From NCBI GenBank assembly GCA_053919585.1, contig CM132785.1: a stretch of 64,000 nucleotides of DNA; one strand, written 5' to 3'. Positions 39,392 to 52,498 of this stretch are shown here, one piece after another; the stretch's first letter is position 1; each line of letters opens with the position of its first letter. The DNA comes from Euprymna scolopes (taxonomy: Eukaryota). The notes beneath the pieces were generated by a model, which saw only the letters and a program-made list of their open reading frames with translations, ran no database searches and was not told where the DNA came from. A program made the position numbers and the translations under genes.

Positions 39392-39558
39392 TAGGGCTGT
39401 GACAACAGTCGTTTGACTCTCAAGTATACCCCTGACACAGTAAGACACAGTCAGGCAACCGAGAACCACATCAGTTTAAATAAAAACATATAAGATATTA
39501 ACGGATATATACTCAAGAGTCAAAACAATGAAAATAATATGCTGTTGTCACAGCCCTA
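39392..39558. mobile_element. hAT-type MITE (167 bp)
   Basis: Perfect 17-bp TIR TAGGGCTGTGACAACAG / CTGTTGTCACAGCCCTA; sub-terminal inverted TTTGACTCT..AGTATA; flanks ATGACCAT / ATCATCAT (6/8, eroded 8-bp TSD). Confidence 0.8.
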
Positions 39559-41384
39559 ATCATCATCACCCAGATTATGCACTAGTTTTGTATGAGGTTT
39601 CCACTAGTCTTTTCCATCTATAATTTTTACAACAACGCATTAGACAATAGTTTCTACTTTTCTTTAGATATGTGATCAATATCTTATATTCATTCGTAAC
39701 CAACCCATGTTTTACTTATGGAAGTAGAATGGCAAATAAAGTTACCACATTATCTATAGATGGGTTGTTGTTATATTTAATATTTTTCTTCTCAACCCTC
39801 ACCTATAAAGTCAACACGACCATCTACATGCCAATCCAAAACGCGTATTTATGATACAAATGTGATGTCAACATGTGAAATGCTCTAAAATGCGGTGTGC
39901 CATTTTCTTCAGTTCTCATTTTTATACACGGAAATTGCAAATTTCTTTACCCAGTTGTAAATCCGTTCATTTTATCCTTAATGTTGCCATTTTGAAATAC
40001 TAATTATGAAAAAAATTATATATTTTATTCTATGAAATTGTTTTTTTTTTTTTTTTTTCAAAATAGCATATAACATAACACCATATCGAACGCATTAATA
40101 TGGTTCTACTCAATAGAACATTGAAATGAAGGGGAGAGAACGCGACGAAATGCACGTTTGTTTCGCCTACGGCGACAACCATTAATGATGAATTGAATTA
40201 TTCAAATTGCAATGCATTAGACAACAATAAAAACGATAAATTAAATAATAATGATGATCAGCATTTTACATTATGTATATGTGTCGGACACAAAGTTGTG
40301 TGTTAAGTATAAAATGAGAGAATACATCAAATATGAAGCTAGGTATTCAAAAGTTATTCAAATGAAAATAAACACACTCTGAACGAATGCAGTGTCAAAA
40401 TATAAATGTCAAACATATAAAAATGATGAATTATGAGCATAAATACGAATAATGAATTGTGAGTATAAATACGATAACGTTGGGAACATGAAAAACAAGG
40501 TTTCTAGCAGGGCCAGTAGTCAAAAATATCCCATGTAAAAGCAAGCTTCCGATACTAACAAATATCAATAATTTTGCAATCTATTATAATAATCTTGCAG
40601 TTCACAATCATCGCGGACAGCTATTTAGTGTAATTTGATCATGCACTACAAGAATCAGTACTGGCAACTGGTTTAATAGAAATCAACCCATATTCTAGAC
40701 GCATATCATGCACATTATTCTAACTTTTCTCAAGAAATGTAAACATTGAACTAAAATATGTTATATTTCATAAGATCAATAGATATACTGACAGAGAAAT
40801 TATATATTCTTAGCACGTCTCTTTTTATTGAATAATATATATTTTTAAATAATATATACTTATTGAGAATATATATATATATATATATATTGATTATAAC
40901 ATTTATGGATCACTCTATTAATATTTCACGATGCTTTTTGCTAACAATTATTGCTATGTTGATACTATATGGGTCATGTCATACTTATAGCTACTCATTA
41001 CTACTTTGACCTTTAGCATTAGTAGTAATAAAGCCTACTCGTATTACTACTACTAATACTACTACAACCGCAAAATAAGGATGTTTTTAATTTTTACCTG
41101 TTTTTTAGTTGACTGCTTTATATCGATTGGATAATACACACAATTCCAGCTTTCTTGCAATCCCGGCACTTAATAAATCAAATTTCTTTTAGCCGAGCAT
41201 GTTCTCAGACGTGTTTCAATGAAATACTTTTGTAGTTTTCAAGCTGATAGTTCACAAAAAAGAGCAAGATTGCCTAAGGCATCTTTCCTTTTTTTCACAC
41301 TATAAACACTTATTCCGCTGAGTACAAATAACAGGATATTCGCAGAGACAATTACAACTGCATATCATATTGGCAGATTTTTTT

Positions 41385-41645
41385 GTTGGTTGTTTTTGTT
41401 TTACAGCATGTCAATCCTGTTCAGGTTATTTAATGCCGAATCCAGTGATTTTAAAGACATTTTCTTAAATGTATTTTTTTAAAGTCCGTTTCTTTGTAAC
41501 CCATAGTTGGAACCCTAACAGGTACTACCACTCCAGGTTAGAGTAAACCTGGGAGCAATGGCAATTAAGACGTGGCTCAACACTCCCCAAAATCCGCAAG
41601 CTGGGGCCTTACCATCGGAAATAGTACGAGGTCATATTCAGGACA
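41385..41645 (-). mobile_element. Dispersed SINE-like repeat, copy 2
   Basis: Homologous to 5734-5998. Confidence 0.7.
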
Positions 41646-42194
41646 ACATATTGCAGAGATTGCGGATTAATTTAAAAATAAGGTAATATAATACTATTAC
41701 ACTGCCAGTTCTCATGACGTTAATTCATACTTCTAATTGCGTTACGCATCAATAGAATTCAATTCTCTTCTCATTAACTAATAACATTTTTCTTGTCCAG
41801 ATTTTTAATAAGATTTTCATCGTTCTAATGTCACATACATATTTTACATTAGGACACAATAAATCCATTATTGTTTTACTTGTCAAATCAAGATGTAAAA
41901 TAAAGTCGATAAGTTATTCATGGATAAGTCGTTTCATAATTTTCTGTCATAACGTTTAACAAATGTATTTTCCGTTCCAAGCCCACCGCTAGCTACTACC
42001 ACACTGAATCCAAACGTATATAAGTGCATTGCTAATTTACGGATTATTTAGAAAATTGACAGTTCTTATCTAGCCTATGAATTTTAGAATGCCCATCACA
42101 TCAATTAAGAATAGTATTCGCGATAAGTTTTACTCATTTCCGATTTCTTTCTCATTTTTATACTTAAAAATATCAGATTATACACAATCTTAAA

Positions 42195-42700
42195 TCATTT
42201 CGTTTTCGACCTTCATAAGTCGTTCTTAGAGCAGCTAATAGAAATAATAAAAAAAAACTAAGGTAATCAATTGAATGGAAAGACGACTAAATTTTTTTAA
42301 AATGGTTTAAACTATTAAAAAGCATTTTAACGTGCCACCCGCTTCCTATCCAGCTTAATTAATGGTATTTTTTTTTAACAAGGATTAACAATGCTTCAAT
42401 AATTGGGAGGATTTTATCACAATGTGTGACAGCTGAAATGGCAGTGGTTATTTATTAGTATGTCTCTAAATTCGGTTTTTGTGAGTTGTGTGCTGTGAGC
42501 TGCTGATAACTGGAGCTATTCGGTGAAGATAAGTGACATTTTAGTTGACGATGTATATTGGTTCGATGTACGTGTTATATTTGGAGTCATACTCTCTTAT
42601 GGGGCATTTAAAGATGTACACAGAATTTCTAGGTTTTAGCATACTGTCGTAAGATGTAGGATTATTTTTAATTTTTCTAATAAATAATAAATATTATTTG
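42195..42700 (-). mobile_element. Penelope-like element 3' fragment (GIY-YIG endonuclease relic)
   Basis: Minus strand SVYIFKCPIREYDSKYNTYIE...TEFRDILINN...LPIIEALLI, the pattern of PLE GIY-YIG C-termini; decayed hammerhead-like motif downstream at 42230-42201. Confidence 0.7.
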
Positions 42701-42752
42701 AGAGTTTGTTTTTGTCCGTGATTGAAATACGTGTGTATACTATATTCCATCA

Positions 42753-43010
42753 CTAGCCTGCGGACGACTTATGTAAGTCGAAAAAGTTCGCGATTGCGGC
42801 AAATTTCATTTTACTTCTACGGCCGGGTAGTATCTGTTCTGTAATTTGTCTTTGGTCAATATAGAGGAACCCCTTCATACTGAAACACTTACTATTTATG
42901 TTGATACTGCCAAAGGGACCCTTTGGGGGGGAGCTGGTTATAACCCACATTAAAAACGAACTTTCGTGGGGGAAGCAAATAAGTAACCCCCATACTGTCA
43001 TAAGTTCATA
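42753..43010 (-). mobile_element. Helitron 3' terminus (other end not located)
   Basis: Perfect hairpin CGACTTA-CA-TAAGTCG 8 nt upstream of CTAG|T on the minus strand (42780-42753). Confidence 0.55.
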
Positions 43011-43012
43011 GC

Positions 43013-43280
43013 TTTTTTTTTTACAAAGGTGTCACCACTAATCAAGCCCCGTATAAAGGTTAATGAATGTACGGTTTCCCAAGGGAACATGTCATAGTAA
43101 CCGTGAGTGATAACATTTTGGAATATTGTATTACTTAAGGGAATGGCTCACTAAGAATGTGTTTACGTTGGATTTGATGACAACTATATTGTAGTCAGTT
43201 AAAGAGAAGGAAAAGAAATACAGTTTCACAGGCGTGTAGTTCTAGGAATAAAGCTTTCCCCATAGAATTTGCGATTTAGC
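43013..43280 (-). mobile_element. CR1 family A-like 3' fragment, old
   Basis: T run, then GTCACCACTAATCAAG...TTACGTTGGATTTGA...TTGTAGTC...CACAGGCGTG. Confidence 0.75.
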
Positions 43281-43424
43281 TAAAATGACGTATACTGTTT
43301 CTGGCCTGTCTGAATTTATCCTACCAATATTTGGCTTAAAATGGGAATTTTTCATGATTCATTATGCACTTTGTCCCCGGTACTTCGCCCAAATATTGGG
43401 ATTGTCACACGTTGTTCTTTGTAA

Positions 43425-43427
<3 letters not shown>

Positions 43428-43503
<76 letters not shown>
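43428..43503. repeat. (TA)n microsatellite
   Basis: Read directly; other (TA)n tracts at ~39312, 40870, 46612, 48415, 49460, 52500, 52730, 54000, 54350, 56472, 56626, 58350-58592, 60184, 61869 and 62129. Confidence 0.98.
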
Positions 43504-43505
<2 letters not shown>

Positions 43506-46500
43506 CTTTTCGTAAACATAACTACAGCAAAATATAAAAAAAGAGCATAATTCGCCTTATTTTGCCCCGGGATACGGTTTTTCAGATTATGATGTGGAAT
43601 ACAATGTTTTCTGTCCTATGGTTACAGTATTTGTCCTTCCTTATGGTATGCTTTATGAAGGTATTTGATTAAATACATGTGTATTATATAGTATACTGTA
43701 TTTTGTTACTAGTTTTAAATATGTGCTGTATCAAATTAAGCTTCTGTCCCGTCATACGGCGATTTCACCTTACAATTCCAAAATGATTACTGCCGTATCC
43801 AGGGTGGTTTTACTGTATATTTAAATTTTGGTTAAAAATATTAATTATATATGCACATGCATATAAGTATTATATATTATTTTACATACTTTTATAAATT
43901 CACATAATATTAAGTATTTTCATATGAAGCTACTTTTTATTTTTGAAATAAAAATGTGTGTATTTTTCCATTATTTTAATATATCCTAGTTAAAATTCAC
44001 AAAACAAAGTTTGCTTCAGCAAAAGAGTTTCCGTCTTTTACTATCATCAGCAGCTGATTATTGGTGACCGTTTATGACTCTTGTTTGAAAGCAAACCTTT
44101 TGGAATGATATAATGAGGTCGACTTGACCTTGAATGTCAACCTCATTTTTATCCGACCTGTTGTCAAAGAAATTATCACAGTTTATAATTCCAATTAATG
44201 AAGGCGAAATTATTTGCCTAGCGACCATTCCAGCGAAAAAGATCCCTTACTGAAAGTAAGAGAAAACGGTCTCTGAGTTTTATAGTCATACCTTCTCTCT
44301 CATTCTATTTCCGTTCTTTCCCTCACTGTTTGTGATGCAAATACAAACTCATTTTCTTCCTTTACTCTATTTACCTCTCTTTTCTCAGCCTTCTCCCATG
44401 CGTCTTTGAATTTTATTTATTCAGTTCTTCATGTGCACTATGTAACACCAGCATCCCGACGTTTCATGTATATTCTATACTTTTTTCTCTATTTTGCGCT
44501 TTTTAATATTTATTTCTCTTTCGTGGAAGCAAATAGTGATTACTCTCCTAACGAATTTGTTTCAAAATATAACTTAAAAAAACCCTGTACATCCAGGCTT
44601 TGTTCTAAGTGAAACAGCTATCAATTGATAACTATATCTAATATATAAAGTCCATTGTTGGACATTCGAACTCGGATCAAACAGCATTACAGCTTATGAG
44701 TATATATTTACTTCTGACTAGCAAATTTCTTATTATTGATCCGTTTTCTTCACGATATATTAATGTCAAGTTATTTATTTATATTTTGTTTGGAAAAAAT
44801 ATGAAATGAATGGAAAATAAGTCTTCTTTGAACCGTTTTATTACACTGAAAGTCCAAGAATTAAACATCATTTTAATAATTTAAATAAAATCTATAAATT
44901 CTATAACAGTGGAAATGTCTGTGAGGACACTTACCATACTAAACGGATTTTTGACCTGCAGACGTGAAAATTTGAAAATATGGTATTCAGATATATGAAC
45001 ATTTTTTTAACAGTTTCCATCCATAAAAAGGTCTGCTAATGTGTTAAAATCGAAAATTTTGTACTTAAGAACCATCTTGTTTTTGTCTGTTTTTCAACTG
45101 TCTCACGAATGCGCATGCACAAATAGTTCCCAATATATTAATAATGAGTATTTTTTTAATTTTTTTTTTAAATCGCGTCAAGCAACACTTATGGTTATTG
45201 TACTTGACTTAGCGTCATTAAATTTTTGTTTGCCTCTCAGTTCGAGTATTTGTTTTAATTTAGGAAAAAAAGCATAATACATATATGATTATGTCTCAGT
45301 TCCTGTAATAATTAAAATAAAATATTTATGCGTGTTTTACGACCGAATAACATTAAATACAAGTTAAATAATGTTTGTAACATCTTTACTTAAAATTTTC
45401 TATCTTTAACCTACTCTGTACATTTCCCACTTTCCATCCCTTCTTTTAATCGTATTTCTCCGAAACTTTTCTTTATTTTCGCCAAAATTCTTCTTCTCTT
45501 TCTTGTTTTACTCTACTGCAAACATGTAATTCAACATTTGAACCGTCTATTCCTGTTATGGTTGCTTGGCCTTTTGTCTAAGATCCGGCATTTTAGTGAT
45601 GATCAAAGTTTATTTTTATATATATTTATGATTCCGTAACATTTATGTAAATTTGGGTTTAACACAAGAAAGACAATTCTTTTAGTGAATGTTGCATTGC
45701 GGGTACTCTATCTTCCAGTTAAGAGAAGGATAGAGAATTGTAAATATTTGTGATCAAAGACACCCATTATCCATGCATATTTTTACTGAACATTTGCCTA
45801 ATTTACTCAATTGGTAATTTTTATTGTATTTTTGTAAATAAATATTTCATAGTGTTGTACCCAGCATTCCGGTGACCTACTAATTTTATAGGTCCTTGAC
45901 TTTTTCGGTAAGATCAATGTGTAGTATAAAAATCGATTCGGAAATTTTAAGTAGGACTAGCACTAAAGCATATATAATATTATAATTGAAAACTCTTGTT
46001 AGAAATGGTTTGGTCAATTAACAAGGTAGAGTGACAAGGATACCTATGAACGAATTACCCGCTGAAACATTTTAATCGCTATTTATTTTTTAATGACTTT
46101 TTATAATATTGATAAGGAAATATATTTTGGACGACGTATAACAAAAGAAAACGCACGCACTATTTTCCCTACTTCTTTACATACCAAAACGCGCCCTTTA
46201 GTAATATATTGAAGTACCATGCGGACATATCAGATGTTACATAAACATAACTACCGAAAAGGATAATTATATGACAAATAAACAGATGTTAAACATTAAA
46301 CATAAAAGTTGCGGATTATAGCCTCAGAGCCGATCTTATATAATTTCAATTACCGAAAATGAAAGTGCCAACGCCTGGTACGATACAAATATGACAACTT
46401 AACAGACATTACGTCATCTCCTCCATCCCCCAAAACCAGAAAATCAGAGGCTGAATCTGAGCAAAGTATCATGACTACAGAACATACATTAAGTAATCCA

Positions 46501-46610
46501 TGGGAGTAAGTCATAATCACAGAACATATATTAGATGATGTGTTATTATATCCTTAACTGTACAAGCAACTTCCGGGACTTTTTTAAGCAGTTACCCTAC
46601 TCCAAAAGTA

Positions 46611-46641
<31 letters not shown>

Positions 46642-46664
46642 ATACAATAAGTAACACACATCAC

Positions 46665-46700
<36 letters not shown>

Positions 46701-46899
46701 ATAATAATAATAACTTTATATCGAAAACAGCTTCAAGCATGTCTGGAACTTACACTAAATCGTAATGTTTGTGTTTATAAAAAAGTAAATCTGCTAGTTT
46801 GAGAAGAGAATTCTTTCGGAAATTTTAATTATGATTTAAAATGATATATTTTCAAATAAGTTTTCGTTAAAATCTTTTACTTTATATATCATATAAAGG

Positions 46900-47800
46900 A
46901 ACATTTTTTTTCATCTAATCGTTTGAATTAGTTTTTTTAAACGATTACTTCTCCTTTTCCGAAAGTTGAATACAAGATGAGAAAAAAACAAAAAAACAAA
47001 TTCGAACGATTTTCTTATCTACATTCAAGTTAGGTCGAAAAGCTACTGAAACAACTGTCGATATCAAAAAGTCTTTTGCTTAGTAACCACTACTGAGCGC
47101 ACAGCACGTTTGTGGTTTAAGACATTTCCTGGCCGTGACGAGAGCATTGAAATTGATGAGGGCATCGGCGTGTCATCGGATGTCTACAACGATCAATTAA
47201 AAGTCTTAGTCAAAGCTAATCCCGACACAACTGTTCCAGCACTTGTTTCTTCATTAGACGTAACATGTACGACAATTTTCAACAATTTGAGAGAGATTGC
47301 AAAACAAAAAAAATTGATAATCTGTGCTTCACTATTGAACAAAAACCGAGAGAAACGTCATTATGAAGTTTCATCTCCCTTTCTATTACGCAACAAAAAC
47401 GACACGTTTCTTGACTGGGTTTTGACTTGCGATAATGGGCAGTTTCTTTAAGATAACCAGCGGCACACAGCTAAGCGGTTAGACGCCGAAAACCTCCGCG
47501 ACATTTCCCGAAGCAGAGGTTACACACAAAACGTAATACTAACTTTTTGGTGGGCTGCTACCAGTCTCATTCATTATATTTATTTTAAATGCAGGCGAAA
47601 TTATCGTTTACAAATGCATGCAATGCATCAGAAATTTCGACACCACCCCAGCATTATTCAATAGAAAATACTCTATTCTCCTTCCCTACGATGCCCGACC
47701 GCAAGTCGTGCAAATCGATTTTGCATGAGTTCAAGGGAGTGGCTACAGAACTTTGCCTCATCAGCCGTACTCTCCATCTTTTAAAACCAAAATTACTCGA
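46900..47800 (+). mobile_element. Degraded mariner transposase (DD34D/Hsmar-like)
   Basis: QIRTIFL..FKLGRKATET, WFKTF...DESIE, NDQLKVLVKANP and RNKNDTFLDWVLTCD; frameshifted. Confidence 0.85.
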
Positions 47801-47811
47801 TCAGTTTAGGT

Positions 47812-48345
47812 GATGTTTGGAATCTGACATATATGTCCTATGTCGAGTACTTACCTCATAAATCGTTATCTGTTTTTTGTCTTTGAAATTATTGTTATAA
47901 TAATAACACCGACATTACTTGATGAAGGTTCGGAGTTTTTGTAATATTCTATCTTTGTTCTGTGTCGAGAGTTTTTTTCAATATTTTAGTTTTTTTGATA
48001 AATGTTATTACAAATGAGCACTTGAAATTTATTGATTAGTTGGCGTGAGTTTTGGAATATGGCAGCTTTGTCTTGTGTTGAGTAGGTACATCATAAAGGA
48101 TTATCCGTATTTCTTACTTTTTAAATACCAAGTCAGATTTTTTCCTGCTAGTTGCTGCGGCATTATAATTGCTCACAAAAATTTCATTGACCATTTTCTA
48201 TGATTTTTGGAATATAGCATACTTGTTCCGTGTCAATTTCATAGCTTAATATGCGTGATGTGTGTAATACGATAAATAAGCACTAAAATAAATCGCGCCA
48301 TTTACGAGATGTTTGGAATATGACGTCCTTGTTCTGTATCGAGTA
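47812..48345. repeat. Five degenerate ~38-bp motifs spaced 106-155 bp apart
   Basis: Consensus GA-KTTTGGAATATG...TTGTTCTGTGTCGAGTA at 47812, 47933, 48047, 48202 and 48308. Confidence 0.7.
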
Positions 48346-49460
48346 TGTAAACATTTATTGATCACTTTACCTGGTTTTTTAAACATGATAATAATAAGAA
48401 CCAAAAATAATGAATATATGTATATATATATATATATATGTATACATATATAAATATATAAATTTTATATCGATTTGTTCATATGTAAATATGTCTGAAC
48501 GGCTGATATCAGCTTTAATACTGTCTAGATGTGTTTATCTGTGCAAGCATAAATCAATTTGCTGAAATTACCTCTTTATATACATGCATGCTTATGTTCA
48601 CATATGTATGTGCGGTTATTTGCATACACACGCGTATGTATGCGGATATATACGCATCCAACTCATATTTCTCTCTCATTTCAAGTTATTTATTTTTGTT
48701 TTCGTTTTTCAGTTTTCATCAACTTTATATTTGTGTATACGCCTCAGGCTGAACGAAAGTTCGTAATATAAAGATAATATCAAGATAATGGCCACTTTCC
48801 AAGTTTAAATACAATTTAGACAATCTTGCAGGCAGCCTACTGCAGTGCAAACAATTCAATACTAATCTCAGAGAGTAAATAGGCTTGTGAAATAAGATCG
48901 TTCCGCCAATGCTTCACGTGTTAATCACGTGGCGTATTAATACACTTTTGAACTGTGTTTCTCATATTTGTTAGTTACTGATTTTTAGTTGTTCTTACCT
49001 AGTAATATAATGCTGAATGCAGACATCTTGAGCACTATTTCACGCTTCAAGTTCTGTGTTTAAAATATTTATTCATGAATTGTATACGATTCGTTTGCGT
49101 ACTATTATCCCACCTTTATAATTGCTGTCATTTCATCACCTTTCGACCAACACCTTTTTCCGGTGGAATAAGAATAATAAGTCCTGCAACTATCTTTCCA
49201 GTAATTACTGCCTTCCATAGTTGTTGCTCACCACGCTATGGCTAACTAATCCTCTGGCCTTCGTGGATAGGATTGAAACCGCTATTTTCAGAAAATGCTC
49301 GCATCGGGTTACGAATGCAGTTACGAGACTCAGTATTCTTATCCCGTTAATATGGATAAATTTGCTGGAAGGTAGCGATACGTGAAAAACTATAAAGATG
49401 AGGTTAACAGTCCGCAAAAAGAATGAATACACAAATTATGAAGCTTCATATTAAAGTAAA

Positions 49461-49491
<31 letters not shown>

Positions 49492-50085
49492 TCCATTGCT
49501 GAGTTTCGCTTATTTGTTTCGTTTTTTAGCGTTTTAGCATGTTTTTGTTATATAATGCTGAATACAATAATTTTTGAAAAATGTCTTTTATTCTTAAAGT
49601 CTTTATATTTTCAAAAATTATTTATGTACATTGGTTTAGTCGTTTTATTTTAATACATATCAACTCGGTTCTGGTTATTAACTGTTATACTTTCGGCGAA
49701 ATAATTATATGGTTTCGATTTTTTTATCTTCAGATCTTTATTGATAGAGTTCGGTTTGGTTTTGTGTTTGGTGTTAATGCGCATCAACTCTTTTCTTGTT
49801 ATATAATGTTGAATAGTAATTTAAATAAAAAACAAATTTCATGCCTCAAGATTTTAGATTTAAAAAATATTCTTGATGTTTGTTTTTATTGTTTTGTAGA
49901 ATGCGTTTTCATTTATGCTTGCTGACAGTGGTGTGACAGTTAATAATACAGACTGTACAACTTTTGTGTTTCTAATTTCATATTCAGTGCGTTTCACAAT
50001 AACCACTCTCACTTCGGAATATTGGTAACGTATTCGTGGTTTATCCGGTAAGTATCAAATGCATTTCTGGAAAGAATCAATATGA

Positions 50086-50680
50086 TTTTTTATAACATAT
50101 TCACCCCAAACAAGGCACATTGCCACTTTGGTGTAGGGGGCTACTATCAGGAGCAACAACTACTGGGGTACTATGTTGGGATTTGGGCAGCAAGATGTCG
50201 GTTCACGTTACACTTGAATTTCTGCATGTCAGTACAGTTAGGGAAGCAGTAGCCTGGAATAGAATTCCAGAGTTTAGCGGTTCTGGCGAAGAAACTACTG
50301 GAGTAGAAAGATCTTTTACATCTAGGGATCTCTACTGTGTGGGGGTGGGATTTAGCTGCCTGTCGCGTTTGTTGAGGGTGTATACGTCGTGGGGGCACAA
50401 GTGTCTGCAGTTCACCAGATCATTCATCATTAAAATACTTGTAGAACAGGCAGAGGGATGCAACATTACGTCGATGGGACAAAGGCTGAAGCGTAGATGC
50501 CAGTTCAGGGTCTATCAGATTTGCGACTCTCTTTTGAACCTTGTCTAGGAGCGAGAGACTATTAGCAGATGCACCAGCCCAAATGTGACAGCAATACTCC
50601 ATACATGGGCGAATGGTGGCATTATAGAGGTACAGGATACTTACGGGTGTTAGTAATTTTCTACACGAAGTAGCCAATCC
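50086..50680 (-). mobile_element. CR1 family B 3' fragment
   Basis: ORFs 50420-50692 (IRPCMEYCCHIWAGA...LQPLSHRRNVASL) and 50171-50398 (FFARTAKLWNSIP); 3' UTR and A tail. Confidence 0.92.
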
Positions 50681-52170
50681 AAAAATATACATTTTTTATT
50701 AATACATGATGATGGTATTTATGTTTTTGATTAAGCAGAACATGTTTGAGTTTTTGCAAACTAACGTCAAAATGATAGCATTTATATTTTGTGTCTAATG
50801 TAAACAAATTCTTAATTACTATCAGTGTCGATCATTAGGTTGAGATCTCACCGAATAATTTATACTCCTTAATTCTTTTATTCGAGTGGTCTGAAGGTTT
50901 TTGTAATTAGTGACTCCCTTAAAAAATATATGACTTATTGTCTGGGTGTGAATATCTCTAATAACATATAACTTGCGCCTATTCTTATTTCTCCGTGACA
51001 TTAGCCAAATTGCTGCATAGATGACAGACGTCGTTAGAAAATATCGGATGTATTTCACACACGAAAATTGAGGCTTCGGGTAAAACCAGACGGTACAACC
51101 AATTGCTGAATTGATTTGATTAAAACAAAAGAAATTAATATTTTGATCGAAGAGTTGGGGTAATGGAGAATGGCATAGAAAGAAAAACAATAGGATGCCA
51201 TACATGGTTACTTTAGTAGTAAGTTACTGTCTTCTATAGATTCAAGATTCAATCCTAAGTGCGGGCGATACTCAAAAATATGATTCAAATATTTTTAGGA
51301 TGTCATCCACGGGGTTGCTGACGGAACCAGCGCATGCATCCCCTGTGGATTAAATAAAAGGCCCCGTTTGAATTCCCGAATCCAGCAGACTGATTTATGA
51401 ATACGATGAGATACGTCTAAAGAAAGTTGGATTGAAACTTTGTAAAATAAGATTCAACATGAGAACAGTAGCTCGAAAAATTTAAATAATATGAATAATG
51501 TATTTCTATTAACGAACTCGTATCTATATTGGATTTCCATAGATAAATGCTTGCTGATCTGCATTCTAGTTTCCTTGGATTTTTCATTGAATACAAACAT
51601 TTGCGACCTTTTGAAATAGCAAATACTGAGTTTGATGACACAGTGTTTTTAGAATATAGAAGACACGTCAAAACCGTTGTCAAGTGTTTGAAATAACTTC
51701 GTATTTCATCAAATATAGACAATGATTCATTGTCCAAACTAATGTTACAATTTAAAGGGTGATCTCAAGAGCGTGCCACGATTATTTTATTGAAAAGGCA
51801 GATACTTCGATGTTAGGTTTGTTATTGTTTTAGTTTATTTCACTGGAATTTTATTTCACTTTGAACTTCATTTGTTTGATATATCTTCTCGATGACCCTC
51901 TTGGCCGTGCATTGTAGTTTACAACTGACGATATTTCCCTTTTAAAATAAGTATTATGTTAACTTTCTACAACCTGCCGATCAAATCTCAGCCACTATCT
52001 CGATTTCATTGCAATCTATATAGATACTACAAGATTAAATATGTCACATGAAGAGGCAGCTTTTTTCTAAAAATTTACGCTAGTAAATAATAATAAAAAA
52101 AATATAATCATTTTCCACAGCCGAACCAACGTCGCAGCCCAAAAGAGCGAAGAAAATCAACAATCAGGAA

Positions 52171-52215
52171 GTCCAAGACTCGAGTTTCGCCTTCATTAAG
52201 GCTCATCAGTTAGAC
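52171..52215 (-). ncRNA. Type I minimal hammerhead ribozyme
   Basis: Minus strand GTCTAA CTGATGA GCCTT-AATG-AAGGC GAAA C-TCGA-G TC TTGGAC: intact CUGAUGA/GAAA/GUC core, 6-bp stem I (one G-U), 5-bp stem II, short stem III with a palindromic loop; predicted cleavage between 52177 and 52176. Confidence 0.88.
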
Positions 52216-52226
52216 ACATCCGCGTT

Positions 52227-52270
52227 CAGGATTTGAAACCCGAACCTCTTGCATGCTAACAACTGAGCAA
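52227..52270 (-). promoter_or_regulatory. tRNA-Ala(AGC)-like head with degenerate Pol III A/B boxes
   Basis: TTGCTCAGTTG (A-box-like), TTAGCATGCAAGAGGT (resembles the tRNA-Ala AGC anticodon arm), GGGTTTCAAATCCTG (B-box-like); part of the D arm/anticodon stem is missing, so this is not a functional tRNA. Confidence 0.55.
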
Positions 52271-52498
52271 ATACGTCACACACGCAAGAATGTCTATTAA
52301 CTTACACAGATCAAGCAACCCGCGGCACAGATCCGACAGTGGAAAGAACCTACATCATATCAAACAAGGGACGAGGTATCAAACCAGCTTTAACCCAAGC
52401 CGACGTCTCACCAGTAGGGATTTCATATACTCAAAAGGGCGATGTCACCCCAACAAGCTAACCTTACGAGTAATCAATAGAATGTCCAGAAAGTGTGA

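Noticed and set aside
44024-44052. CTGATGA...GAAAC on the minus strand, and TTAATGAAGGCGAAA at ~44195
   Set aside because: Stems do not form in the first; the second lacks the CUGANGA box.
47812-48345. CRISPR array
   Set aside because: Eukaryotic context, degenerate repeats, long uneven and partly homologous spacers, no cas genes.
49711-49733. CTGAAGA...GAAAC hammerhead-like motif on the minus strand
   Set aside because: No stem II and no cleavage triplet or stem I pairing.
51205-51430. Second SINE-like or ribozyme-bearing element
   Set aside because: Only a weak B-box-like GATTCAATCC; no hammerhead core and no second copy.
52227-52270. Functional tRNA-Ala gene
   Set aside because: Part of the D arm/anticodon stem is missing and no cloverleaf forms; treated as a SINE head.
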